A stretch of 64,000 nucleotides of DNA from Sminthopsis crassicaudata (lineage: Eukaryota): NCBI RefSeq assembly GCF_048593235.1, contig NC_133618.1, positions 89,683,919 through 89,747,918 on the forward strand. Reading direction: 5' to 3'. The position numbers and the translations under genes were made by a program. Of this stretch, positions 40,319-52,179 are shown one piece after another. The notes under the pieces are model-generated. The model ran no database searches and was not told where the DNA came from. It saw only the letters and a program-made list of their open reading frames with translations. The stretch's first letter is position 1, and every line of letters begins with the position of its first letter.

Positions 40319-40490
40319 CAGGGCTTCTCAAACTTTTTCCACTCATGACTCCTTTTCACAGGAGAAATTTTTACATAATCCCAAATATAGAAGTATATAA
40401 AACAGGCATAAAAATGAAACATTTGATAATAAATCATAATTTTTTATTATATAATTCCATATGGGGTCACAATCTCTAGTTTAAGCTGTG
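40319..40490 (+). mobile_element. Non-autonomous hAT-type MITE
   Basis: Starts cagggcttctcaaactttttccactcatgactcc and ends atatggggtcacaatctctagtttaagctgtg. hAT-like CAGGG terminus and internal TGACCC-like subterminal motifs. Confidence 0.5.
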
Positions 40491-41726
40491 TTCTATCACA
40501 TTGTTTCTCCAAGTATTAAATGAAGATAGATTAGATGTTGTTCAGGGTTCTCCTTCTAGGAATTATTCCATGATGCAATGATTCCATTAGGCAATTCAGA
40601 AGATATTTATTAGGTGTATAATCTATGCCTGGCAATGAGCAAGGAGACGTTCTCTACTTTCTAAAAATTGTAGAAAAGTTGAGGGGATGAAAAAAAAGAT
40701 GCAGGATAACCAGTTTTTGCTCAATAGACGAGTCACATGTATTTGCTTTGGTCAAAAAGATTTTTTTTGAAAAAAGAGTAATTATGATTTCCTTAAAGTC
40801 CACATCAATAAACATTAAGCATCTACTACTTTGTGCCAAGCAGTATACTAAGCTATGAGGATACCAAAAAAAAAAAAAAAGGTTTAAGGCACTCCCTTAC
40901 TGCCAAGCTCCTCACAATCTAATGGGGGAAGACAACACATAAAAAGCCCCAGCTCTCAGACACAATGAAGTCTTGCAGCTGGGATGGGAAAATGATCTGA
41001 GGCATGTCACAGGGTTGATTTCATTTTAAAGAATGAGGAGTTTCTGGATATCATGAAATATGAGGCTCCTTTTCCACTGGCAAAGTGAAATGTGTCACTT
41101 GGAATATGCCAGCAAATCCAACACTTTCTGCCTAGACCCTGGAGAGTTTTCTGCAATGTTGGCCAATTTTAGTATTTGGCAACATAAGCTATCAAGGCCT
41201 AGGGTGAAACATTTTTGCATTATGCTCTTGGAAATGTGGTAATATGCTTCACTTGGCCAGTGAAGCAAGCACCAAAAAGTCACTTAATTGCTATGAAAAA
41301 ATGACTAAAAATGGAAAATGACTTCCAAAGTAAAAAATCCAAGTTCTGTGAAATTTATACAGCTCTTGAATGGCATTTGAGAGCTCCATTTGAGAAAGCA
41401 CCCTGATCTAGGGCTAATTGCACACTAGATCTGGGGATGGATTAGTTTTTTTAAGGAATACTCACATTTTCTTTCAACAACCTAGAGAAGTGAACTGATA
41501 TTACTCCCATTTTACAGATGAAGAAAAGGAGGCTCAAGAGAGTAAACAGACCTAGTACATTTCAGAGTTGAAATATGAATCCAGACCTTTTGACTCTAAA
41601 CCCAACACTCTACTACTCCGTAACATACCCCTTAATAAGATAAATGATAAAAATTAGCAGATTAAAAGGAGCAAAAAGTATGCATTCAAGAAATCTTCCA
41701 CTCTCCAGTTACTCAATTTCATCATC

Positions 41727-41732
41727 TTTATT
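41727..41732 (-). terminator. Candidate distal poly(A) signal AATAAA of the MCFD2 3' UTR
   Basis: TTTATT on the plus strand near the end of the repeat-poor AT-rich stretch that follows the stop codon. Alternatives are at 42528-42533 and 42959-42964. Sequence alone cannot choose between them. Confidence 0.35.
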
Positions 41733-43109
41733 ACTCGTATATCTAGAATAATCCATTATACAAATCTTTCAAAATAACTAGATATTACAAGAATAGTTTA
41801 CAACATAGCTCTGATTGCACACTTGACACAGGAAACCATTTTTACAAATACATTGTTTTCTTTTAAGAATACTTTAATACAGAAAATAGGTCTTTGAACA
41901 TCTTAGAGCACAGTTCCTTTCCTATTAGTTGTAATAATGACTTCATCTTTTCAGGTTTTCTAATGTTATATATCAATGGCATCCAAAGTAGTACTGAGAC
42001 ATTGCTTGTCTCAGTGTCTTCCTGTCTTAGTTTTCAAATACTGTTGAGTCTACAAAGTTCAAAGGACTTTAGCACTGATGAAAGAATTCAAGTATTCTCT
42101 TGACTAGAAGAAGCTCATTTAAACAGCTTTCCTTCTGAAATCACCTAGTTTGAATGTTAAGGTGTCTATCAACCCTTAACTGGCAGCATTATCATTCTGA
42201 TGCAGGTTAGATTATCTAGAATTGTATTTTTATGTACCCTGACTGGGTATTTTTTTTACATTCCACCTATAACTCATAGACCATAAAATGGAACTCCAGA
42301 AATTAGTGTTAAATACAAACATTAAGTTAACATTTTTTACATCATCTGGAGCAAAGAACCACATTACATTCATTCAAGGCCTCCCCTAGGTTGAACGTGG
42401 TATTAAAAATAACAAAAATAAAAGTATAGAGATGTGGCAGTAGTCCTGTAAAATATTGAAAGACTGAAAAGCTTAAATGCTGAGGGTCAATATAGGGGTT
42501 TTTATATATACCCAAGTCAAAACTGTTTTTATTAACAAGCTCTACTGAGAGTTGGGTTCAGTACTTGGCAAACCTTCCTTTCTAATGTTTGTAGCTATAA
42601 ACAGCAAATAGCCACCTGCCCACAGCAAGCAATTATCTGTGCGGGGCAAACTAGAAAGAACACTGATTACATGAGGACCTATGGGATTAATAAATATTCA
42701 GCTGAGATTATATGATTGGGACACCAATTATTTCCTAGGTCACATGAAGTTTCCCTAGCCACATGAAAGAATATTCATTTGAAGATATATTATTAAAACC
42801 AGGAGTCAGGTAGTATCCTACATCCAAAACTGAGATGCTAAGCACCCACCTCAATGATATATCACACTCTCAAAAAGTGCCTGTCTGTTAAGAAGTTAAA
42901 CATTAATTCAGGAGTGGAATGCAATTCCCATCTTTTTTGAGTCAGGTCTGCCCAAAACTTTATTTTCACTCCAAAGTAACAAGATGCTACAGAATCTCAT
43001 CCTGCAGCACTGAAGTTGGAAAAGCACAACTACTCTGTAATACAGCAAGCATTCGATCACATTATACTGGGTCACATTTGCATATAACTAGCAGACAGTC
43101 GAAGGATTT

Positions 43110-43241
43110 TTATTCCAGTGATTTTGCAAATTCAGCATAGTCAATGTAGCCATCATTGTTCTTGTCATCATCCTTTAAAACACCATCTATCAAGTTCATG
43201 AGTTCTTCTTCCTTCATGGTTGGAGCCTGCTCTCCTCCTTC
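43110..43241 (-). CDS. MCFD2: MCFD2 exon 4: EF-hand 2 and stop
   Basis: Acceptor ctgattgtttcatAG. Encodes [43 protein letters not shown] then TAA (43112-43110). 132 nt. The spliced CDS is 131+160+132 = 423 nt = 140 aa plus stop. Confidence 0.98.
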   Translation of the reverse strand, partial: EGGEQAPTMKEEELMNLIDGVLKDDDKNNDGYIDYAEFAKSLE

Positions 43242-43989
43242 CTATGAAACAATCAGAGGTAAATTAATGAGACACACAAAAGCTAATGCTAACAGAGGTC
43301 AGTCCCAAATATGCTGAGAAGCACATTAAAATGGCCCCAGGACCCAAGTGGATAAGGAGAAAAAAACATGTAATAACCAGATTCCACTTAATCCTTTATT
43401 GTATAAATTTGTGTGATTTCACCAATGTAGGGAATTAACAGAACAATTCATCAGATACTGGATTAAATGGCTGCCAAGATAATGAAAAGGCAAGAAAAAT
43501 GATGCTCAGAAGCAGGGCTTAGAACTAGTTTTTTTTGACAGCCCCCTCTTTTCCCTTTCCCCCTTATCCATCAAGAATGGCTCTCTATCCTTTTTGCCCC
43601 CATCTGACAAAAATATTTCTTAGATACAATTCAGAATTATCATTTATGGATGAAGAAAGCAACACTAGCCTAAACAAGACATCATTTCAGAAAATTTCTG
43701 AGATAATACAAAGCTCTGCTCTATTATCTCCCCTCAAACACAGCCTGTTGCTCTGGCTGTTGAAAGGATCCAGAGGTGGAAGAGGGTGAATGATGTCACA
43801 CAAAATCCATGTCGATTATTGAGGAAACAACTCACAAGGAAGAGCCCAAATGAGAGGAGGTCAGGGCAAGTTTGGTATGGACACCACAGTGATCTCAGAG
43901 GCCCACTTCACTTAAGGAGAATAGAAACCAGGGAGCCAAGGGGGAAAGAGGAACAAGATTATGGTCAAGTGAGAGCCAAGAGGCATGAG

Positions 43990-44700
43990 AGAAAGCCTGG
44001 GTGATATTTAATACAGAATTTGTTTCCAATACTTCTCTAATTAGTTCACAGTGGGTCACTGTTTACAAGCCCTGTGGATTCTTCCTTTGAAATACTTCCT
44101 ATAGCAATCCTATCTTTCCATTTCTACTAGTCCCAGCCCTAACCCACTGCCCAGCTAATACCCAAACACCTGAACTGGTACAAGAGCCTAATCAATCACA
44201 CTGCCTCCAGTCCATCCATCCTGACTCCCAGTGCAGACCTATCTTCTTAAACTATTGCTTGGGAGAGCCATCTCCTTGCTCAAAACCCTTCAAGGCTTCT
44301 CATCACCAACAGGATAAATAATTTAACTCCTTAAGCCTGGTAACCAGAATCAGGTCCCAGTTTATCTTTCCATTACAGAAATCCCCCAATCCTACCAATT
44401 CTACCTTGTATCTTCTTGCCTCCACACTTTGTTTACACACACCATTTTGCTTGAATGGAATATATTCTCTATTCTCCAAATTCTGCCCATCTGTAGAGAT
44501 CTAACAAATCCCCCATCCTCCAAATGGTTTTTCCCAGCTTATTCTATCATCATCCCCCTCCTCTAAGATTCTATGGCATATATGATTTATATTACTCATC
44601 TGATAGTTTTAACACATGTAGCCTTAAATTATTAATTACCTTCTTAATATGACTACATCTTACTCCCTAATTAGATTTCAAATCCCCCAAGGTCAGAAAC
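43990..44700 (+). mobile_element. L2 fragment in MCFD2 intron 3
   Basis: ccctttgaaatac...ctcaaaacccttcaaggcttctcatcacc are L2-type. Approximate. Confidence 0.55.
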
Positions 44701-45349
44701 AATACATATTTGAATTCCCAATAGCTTCTAAGTGTGGGAAGAGAATAAAGTAGACTCTCATAAGTGTTTGAAGCCTGAGTTGTTATGCAAAACAGTTTAG
44801 AATCTCTTCTTTATAGGGCTATATATCTAGTAATGTTTGGGGCTGGCAAATCCAAATTAGTTGTCAGCAGACTGTGGTTCTGTCCTTCCTCTGCCATTTA
44901 TCAGTCTCAAAGTTTTCCCCACCTCAGTTCTCTCATTCCATTCAACAAGCATATGTTAAACACCTATGTTATGCACAAATAAGTACTATGCTAGGTCCTG
45001 GAAATCCCCACCCCCCCAAAAAAGTGACTTCTCTATAAAACAAAAAAGGCTCAACTAGATGATCTCTAAGGGTCTTTCCTTCTTGATAGTTTAGAAGTCT
45101 TCAGTGTTAAGAAATTCCCATAGGCTGATTATGAATTTTCTAATTTTTTTAAAAGGGCATCTAAAACCAATTATCTGTGGCAGTGATTGGGAATGAAAGA
45201 TTTAGCAAAACCCAAACCATCATGTTAGCCTAGTCAGCCTATTTATTCCACTTTTCAGACCATTTTTTTTCCTGAAAGGAGCTATCAAAAGGTACATTAA
45301 ATTGTTATGTAGTAGATTTAAAAAATAATATATTCTGTCATCTACAGGG

Positions 45350-45384
<35 letters not shown>

Positions 45385-46039
45385 CTAGTCTGTCCTCTAC
45401 AGGACAAGGGAACAAGGAAGAGGAAAAACAGGCTGTGGGATATGACAAGAAAATCATAAAATTTCAGATGTGGAAAGGAATTTGAAGATCATCCAGTGTA
45501 GCGCCCCTGCTTGAAAAAGGCACCTCCTGTACAAGGTCCCCCTGTCTTTTCTAAAGACCCCTTCCAAACACACACCACACACACACACACACCTCTGCTA
45601 AGGGGGTCATTTCAACTTCTGTATAGCTCTCCTTGGGAGGCTTGACTTCTAGGCTGACCTGCTGCATACTTCCATTCATTTCTCCTGATTCTGATTGCTA
45701 TCTGGGGCAAAAGAGAAGAAATCTCATTCCTCTTGAACATGGAGGCTCTTTGAATACTTGGAAACAACTATAACATCTCCCCTGAATCTTCTATGCCACA
45801 GAATGAATATCCCTAGTTCTTACATGTGAGCCACAGGCCCTTTCTATCTGGGCTGCTCTTCTCCAGATCTCTCATGCTTATCAATGTCCTGCCACTGATG
45901 TAGTGTCCACAACTGAACACAAGTCTCCAGGCAGAAGCTACAGGGCAAGGAGTCTCTCTGAGGAGAACATCTCACATGAAGGTCATTCCCAAGGGACCTT
46001 TTCACGTGGCACTGCATCCTGTGTGGGTTTCTCACTCAC

Positions 46040-46199
46040 CTCCTTGTGGACATGAGAGATAGCAGTGGCGAGTTCTAAGCCGTCCAACAAATTATTGCCG
46101 TCATAGTCATGCATCTTGAAGTAGTGGAGCTGCAGCTCTTGCGGAGACATCTCCGACTCAGTTTTCTCAATGACACCCTCTAGGTGTTCCATGATGTGC
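46040..46199 (-). CDS. MCFD2: MCFD2 exon 3: EF-hand 1
   Basis: Acceptor ttggtttttAG|G completes the split Glu codon. Encodes [53 protein letters not shown]. Donor GAG|GTGAGT at 46039. 160 nt. EF-hand loop [12 protein letters not shown] is identical to human MCFD2 as recalled. Confidence 0.98.
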
Positions 46200-46696
46200 C
46201 TAAAAACCAACAATCAGGCTGACACCCTTGTTTAGACTTCAATCAGTTCTGACCACAAGGCGGGAACCCCTGACCGAGGCAGACTCATCTGCCACCATAG
46301 CTTAAAGTCGGGCAGCTTATCTCAGAGCAGCTAAGGGTAATGGAAGCAGACAAATAGAGAGGGCAAAAGGTCAGGTCTTCTCTGGTTACCTGACTTATCC
46401 CAGAAGTTTTAGGGATGAACACAACCCTCTGAGATTATCTCTCATTCACCAAGATATGGGGTACATTGGGAGACAAGAAATGGAGGCTCCAATCACAGCT
46501 GTACTACTCACTCATTTAACTTCTCTGAGCCTCAGTTTTCCTATCCATGTCATTGTAGGTAATAACTATCATGACTTACCCACCTCCCAGAATTTACTGC
46601 TTGGAGCAAATAAAATCAGAGATTGGAATATGTTTAAGGAAAAAAGTGCAGCTGCAGCCAACAGGCTCCCTTCTCCAGCACCCTCACAACACGTAC

Positions 46697-46827
46697 TCTT
46701 TGTCCTGCACCATGTTCTTATCCAGGCGAACACCACCATGGCCATGGCTGTCCACGTGCTCTTCTGCTCCAGTGCTCAGGAAACCAAGTGCCCCCAGGAG
46801 GCAGCAGAGAAGAGTGGCTCTAAGCAT
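46697..46827 (-). CDS. MCFD2: MCFD2 first coding exon (exon 2): signal peptide and N-terminal region
   Basis: Acceptor tttgtattttctcccattAG ends at 46851 and the exon starts at 46850. ATG is at 46827-46825. Translation MLRATLLCCLLGALGFLSTGAEEHVDSHGHGGVRLDKNMVQDK-E matches the MCFD2 LDKNxVxDxE motif. Donor GA|GTACGT at 46696. 131 coding nt, phase 2. Confidence 0.95.
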
Positions 46828-48294
46828 CCTTGGGGAGCTTATGGCTGCGTCTAATGGGAGAAAATACAAAGGGTGACCAGAAAGGCATGGATTTCACCTA
46901 GAATCCAGGCACTGTTCCCACTAATCAAAGCAGCAGCTGACCCCCTGGACTGGGCATAATGGGAGGAGGGAAACAGTGCTCCAGGAAGGGCTCCTAGGTC
47001 TGTTTCCAGCTCAAGTGTGTCTTCAGATTGTGTGTCACATGAGGCCTAAGAGCCCCTGGCCTGCCTGTCTCACCTGGCTGCCAAGATGATCTAACGAATG
47101 GCACAACAGATGTGAAAGGACTAAGTGCTAGGGAGGTGGATGAGCCCAGAGGTCTGGCACAAGATGAGTTGCCAAGGAGCGGCCATCCACGGCAATTAAA
47201 AGCCCAGAGTCCCAGGGCTTCCCTGAGTCAACTATCTGGTGGAGACAGAAAGTGGACGCACAACCAAAGCAGGCCAACAGCAGGCAGTGCAAAGTCGATT
47301 TCCAGAGGCAGGGTGCAGGTTCTGCTGATACAGACTGTCTTAGTGGACAGCTCTAGTCCACAAACCTTAGGGTTATAGCACTGGTTGGTGCCTTAAGCTG
47401 TTCCCCATCTCCCCACTACACTCCCAACCCAGCAATGATGAGGGTAGAGGGACCTAGGGCAGAGGGCTTAGGTGCTCCTCATCTTTTCTAAACAGCAGTT
47501 TTAATCCAAGGGCACCATCATCTGCTCATACATCCCCATCCTTACAAGAACTCAAAACAGTTTGGGTACAACTGAGGAGCGAGTCCAAGGAGGTCAGTAA
47601 CAGCCTGGAAAGGCCTAAGGTTGAGACAATATTCCGGCGGCACTCTTTCTGGTCTTAAAAAACCGACAGCAAGGTGACTGGAGAATGGCATGTGAACATA
47701 GCGAAGATTCTTATGCCAAATGTGAGAATGGAATTCAGATGAACAAGGAGCGACTTGAAGTTACAAAAACTCAGGACGACAAAGGAGTCAGAACTGACAG
47801 GACGTACACGGGGGCGTCAGTGACCCAGACAAGAACACCAAGAGGCAGCTTAAGCTCCCCTTAATTTCAATGAAGCCACCTCGATTACTAAGAACACCCC
47901 CTCTCACTGGTTGGGGCAGGTGAAAGCAGGGAGGCGCAGGGTGCTGTGGGCACTCCAAAAACTTCCTGCTTTGTCAGTCAGTTTTGCAGAACGGGTTTTC
48001 TTTGTTATAAGGAAGTCTCAATGGAGAGTGAAGGAAATATTCAAGGAGATAACCAACATTAAAACAAAGTCATCAATCAAAAAAGAGGAGGGGAAACTGG
48101 AGGAATGTCATCATTCTTGGCAGCACCGCCCAGCGTTTGGACGGATATGTGGTGAAGTACTGGTGCAGACACATGCCACATACTCCCCCAAAAGGTCCCA
48201 CTGAACCTAGAAGGTCTTCATGATGTAATCTGTTCTGTACCACATGGAATAAAAGGCTTCCGTGTTAACCACCATCTGGCTAGGACAGAAATTA

Positions 48295-48534
48295 GGGCAG
48301 ATTAGGTGGCACTGTGGACAGATTGCTAGGCCTGGAGTCAGGAAACCTGAATTTAAATGTGACCTCACACTCACTTTAAATGTGACCCGGCACAAGTCAC
48401 TTTAACCTGTTTGCCTCAAGATTCCTCATCTGTAAAATGAGCTGGAAAAGGAAATGGCAAACTACTTCAGTATCTTTGCCAAGAAAAGCCCAAATGGAGT
48501 CATCAAAAGTCGGACTTGACTGAAGCAAACAAAC
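48295..48534 (+). mobile_element. MAR1-type SINE in MCFD2 intron 1
   Basis: gggcagattaggtggcactgtggacag head, CORE, and tail gaaaaggaaatggcaaactacttcagtatctttgccaagaaaa...gtcggacttgactgaa. Confidence 0.85.
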
Positions 48535-50539
48535 AGTAATATGAATAAAAAATCACAAAGTGGAGAACAGTCAGAAACCCCATTCCAACTTTCAAAAGTC
48601 ACCATGCCCCTGCCATACTGCAGAATTTAAATCACTATTAACAGTGATATACTAAGTACACTAAGGTGACTATACGAAGTCTAAGTCAAGCCTCTTACAG
48701 CTGAGAAACATTGAGAAAGGGCTAGGAAAGCCAGGAATTCAGACATTTCCAACTTGTGCCTTTGTTGTCAATTCCACAATCCACAATCACCAGGGGGTAC
48801 ATTTGGCCCAATCCCTCTCGCAGACTCTTGCTTAGCTCCCTCTGAAAGCATTTACCCAAAGTTTCTAACTCTTGGAAACCAAACCCACTGAACAAAAGAG
48901 AAAACAGTCGTGCCCTGGCTTGGAACTGACAATCTGAGAGTCACCAATCAGAATCTAATGATACATTCCAAGTTCAAAATGCTCACTTGGGGAAAAAAGC
49001 CTACTCTGACTTTAAAACCAAACCAGACCCACGGTGTCACGGCCAGTAAGTGTACAATGAATATTTGTTGATTTGCTTTTAAAGAGAAAAGACAATAAGC
49101 TTCCAACTTGAAAGAGTAGAATTGTTTTCAAGCATAAACTTATGTCATTTGAGACCCTTCATATTTCGGCCCCTCTCCCCCATCCAACCTTTTCCTTTAC
49201 TTTCCCCACCATACTCTGTGCCCCACCAACTGTCCTTACTTCTCCGTCCAGCCACAGCATCTCTGCCTCTACTTTCACTCCCGGCCTTCATTTCTCCTTC
49301 AGTGTCAAATGCTAAAATCTCAACTACCCAGGAGCACCAGCTCTCCTCAGATGGCTTCTCAAGTTTACCACTGGGGGATTTCAGGCAAGGTGCTAGCTCA
49401 ATGGGCCTCAGTCTCAATGGGCCTCCATAACATGAGAAGATCCATCCAGATAATGTTTAAGGCCCTTTCACCTTTCCAAGCAATCCTTTCCCTTCTACAA
49501 CTTTCCCCCTCTATGACCATCGATAAGCACTAATGTCTAAAGAATCGTATAGTACAAAGTGTTGGATTTAAGGGCAGTAAAGACTTGAGCTCAAGTCCTC
49601 AAGAACTTATCTAAGTGAGTCTCAGCAAAACACTAAAAGCAATGCCCTGCAGGCTTGGTTCCAGGGTTACCGCACTTGGAAAGTAAGTGGCTGTTGCAGT
49701 CTTTCAGGCACTCTTTGTGACCTCGGTGGGTGATCTCTGGGTAAAATGCTGGCTTTGCTGTTCCTCCTCCTGTTTACACTTTTCACATACATTGACTTTT
49801 TTCCCTCTGGTAGATTTTACATCCTGAGGGCAAATTCTTGTTTGTCTCTTGGTTTTCCGGCGCCTGAGATGGAGATACAGTAGACACCTGGTGAAAGGAG
49901 CTGAGGCAGGGATGGAGATGGAGAAACCTCCCGGATTGGGAGTCCAATCTCTGCCCTGTGAGCCCCCCAAGTCACGGCCTTCTAGGCCTGGTTTTTCCTC
50001 CAAGGGCCGGCCTGGCCTCCCTCAGGGGCTCTCTTCCAGCTCGGTCCTTCCAGGCACTGGCCAAGCCCGGCTTTGTCATTCCTTGGAGACCACCTACTGA
50101 GACCAATCATCAGCGGTCAGCAGCTTCCTGTAGTGTGCGGAGATAAACGCGATCCACAACCCAGTTTTGTGGTCACGGGAAGGACCAGAGTCCAAGCCCT
50201 CATTTACACAAGGGTAAGGAGAAAGACACCACAAAACCGGGGCAGGCTAACCCGAAAGGGATGCAGCAGAGATGGTGCGGGTCAGGGACAGATTTATGGG
50301 GGAAATTTACTCTGGGGTTTTCACAGAATTTGGCTTTCTGCTTAGATACAACAAGGCGGGGTTACGCAAGACTTCCAAAGATGGTGAACCTGTAAGATTG
50401 AGCTGATCCCCATCAGTGCCATTCCCTGCTTGCCTCAGAGGGTAATCTTATCAGTAATCTTCTCTGCCAACCTAGGACCTCATCACCTACCATGTGCCAG
50501 GCTCTGTGCTGGTGCTAAGAAACAAACAAAACCCCTGCT

Positions 50540-51600
50540 CTCCGCGAGCTCCGGCGGCTCCGGGACAAGGGAAGCATATGTTTGGTTGGGTTGGAGACAA
50601 AAAGCGGGCTCCGAAGGGGAAACCGGGAGCCCCGCCCACCGCTGCCTCCACAGCCTCAGGGTCGGGGCCAAGACAGCGGGCAGAGCCCGGGCCGGGCCGC
50701 TCCACATGCCACTGTCCCGCCGGACAGACCGGGGCACAGCCGCAGCTTCTTGCACGGCTCTCAAACTCTAGGGCGCTCCTGGATCCCCGAAGCTCAGCCT
50801 GCTTTGGGGATCCCTGGGTACCAGATCCTGGCGATCCTTTCTCGGATCTCCAATCTCCCTCCCCCGCCCCGGATCTCCAGACCCTTGCCCTGCTTCCACA
50901 CCCCCGGAGTCCTCAGGCCGTAGCCCGCTCCCGAAGCCCCCCGCCTTCCCCGGGCCGCTGCCCCACTCCCACCCGGCTCGCGGGATGTCCCGGCTGCATC
51001 CGCCCGGGCCCCCCAAATCCTCCCCTCCCGACCCCGGTCCCGTTACCTGGGCTACTCCTCCGGAAGCCGCCTCCAGTCCAAGGTTTGGAAGTTCTGAGAC
51101 CCCGACACCCCCCCACTCACCCTGACCGCGGTCAGTGAGCCGAAACCCCCCCACCCTGAACGCCGAGCCCACCAGGCACCGACTCAGACGTTCTGATCCC
51201 GCTTCCCCGTTTTCCTCCTCCTACTGCTCCGCCCCTGAGGGGGAACTCCCTTCCGGCGCATGCGCGCCCTTTACCGCTCGCCCATTGGCAACCGCTCCGC
51301 CCCGCCTTCCCACTTCCCGAAGCCCGGCTTGTTGCGACTCTCTGAACATTACACGTGTAATCGGGTCCAGGCAGAGGGGCGGGGCCTTCCGCCCCGGCTC
51401 TCCCCACCCGCCCAACTTCCTCCCTCTGCCCCCACCCCCGAGATCGCTATGTGGCTCTGCCCCCAAACTCCTATCAACGGCTCGTGGGGGCGCGGGCTGG
51501 TTGCCCAGCGACCAAACACGCCACAAAGCCTGGCCTGGCGGGGCCCCCCAGTGGCCGAACTGCAAAGTGCATCCGAGGCTATCTCCCCTGGGCCTCTCTA
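50540..51600. promoter_or_regulatory. CpG island / TATA-less promoter of MCFD2
   Basis: Abrupt GC- and CpG-rich block in AT-rich DNA. Contains CCGGAAG ETS site (minus, 51250-51256), NRF1 palindrome GCGCATGCGC (51256-51265), CCAAT (minus, 51284-51288), GC box GGGGCGGGGC (51376-51385) and CACGTG E-box (51352-51357). An E2F-like TTTCCCGC lies just outside at 51835-51842. Boundaries approximate. Confidence 0.88.
51121..51240 (-). other. MCFD2: Predicted non-coding exon 1 (5' UTR) of MCFD2
   Basis: Strong donor CAGG|GTGAGT at 51121/51120 inside the CpG island, just downstream of an NRF1/ETS/CCAAT/GC-box cluster. No upstream ATG on the minus strand in 51047-51240. The 5' end (TSS) is an estimate. 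Confidence 0.6.
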
Positions 51601-52179
51601 GGACATAATCAAAGCATATGCAACTTTATCAATAGCCATATAAAAAATGCTCTAAATTGCGAATAACTAGAGAATAACTAAGACGACTCTGAGGGAAAAG
51701 ACATTGCTAAAGTAAAAGTGAGTGATGTATAATAAAGGAGAAGGACTTGGCCAATAGATGCCGAAAACTAAAAGGTACATGACGTTATTTCTTGCATTTA
51801 TTTTAAAAACAGTCGTTCCGTTTCGAGTCTTGAGTTTCCCGCTTCAGCTTCTGCGGTTTCATGCTGAACTTTTTAGCTTTCCGGGGGGCTCCCTTTTGGA
51901 GTGAAAAGGCAGAACAGAAAAAAAAAAACTTTAAATGGGCCATTTTCTCCATTAGTGTCTCTTTTGGGGAGAACATAAAGTTTTGTTTTCAACCAAATAA
52001 AAGCAAATTTTTTGCTGTTGTTAGCACGATTCTGAACTAGTTCATCCTGAATATCAGCTGAGATAAGATGGGATGGGTGGGGGCAGGGGCTTCCTTTTTT
52101 TTTTTCCCCCCAAGAATGTTTTAAAATATGTCAGGTTTTAGGTTGTTTAGTTACAATAAACTTATTTTTAATGTAAAAA

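Noticed and set aside
47510-47870. CpG-retaining segment in intron 1, possibly an RTE fragment or cryptic exon
   Set aside because: The similarity to RTE C-terminal text is too vague, and no convincing splice-site pair was found.
48788-48800. CACCAGGGGGTA partial CTCF motif
   Set aside because: It lacks the leading C and the terminal GC of the core, so it is too weak to call.
51270-51290. ER stress element (CCAAT-N9-CCACG) at the promoter CCAAT box
   Set aside because: The minus strand reads CCAAT-gggcgagcg-GTAAA, so the CCACG half is missing.
50430-51666. Many overlapping ORFs up to 214 aa on both strands
   Set aside because: Pro/Gly/Arg/Ala-rich shadow frames expected in a CpG island, where stops are rare. 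No recognisable domain, and they overlap the MCFD2 promoter, exon 1 and intron 1.
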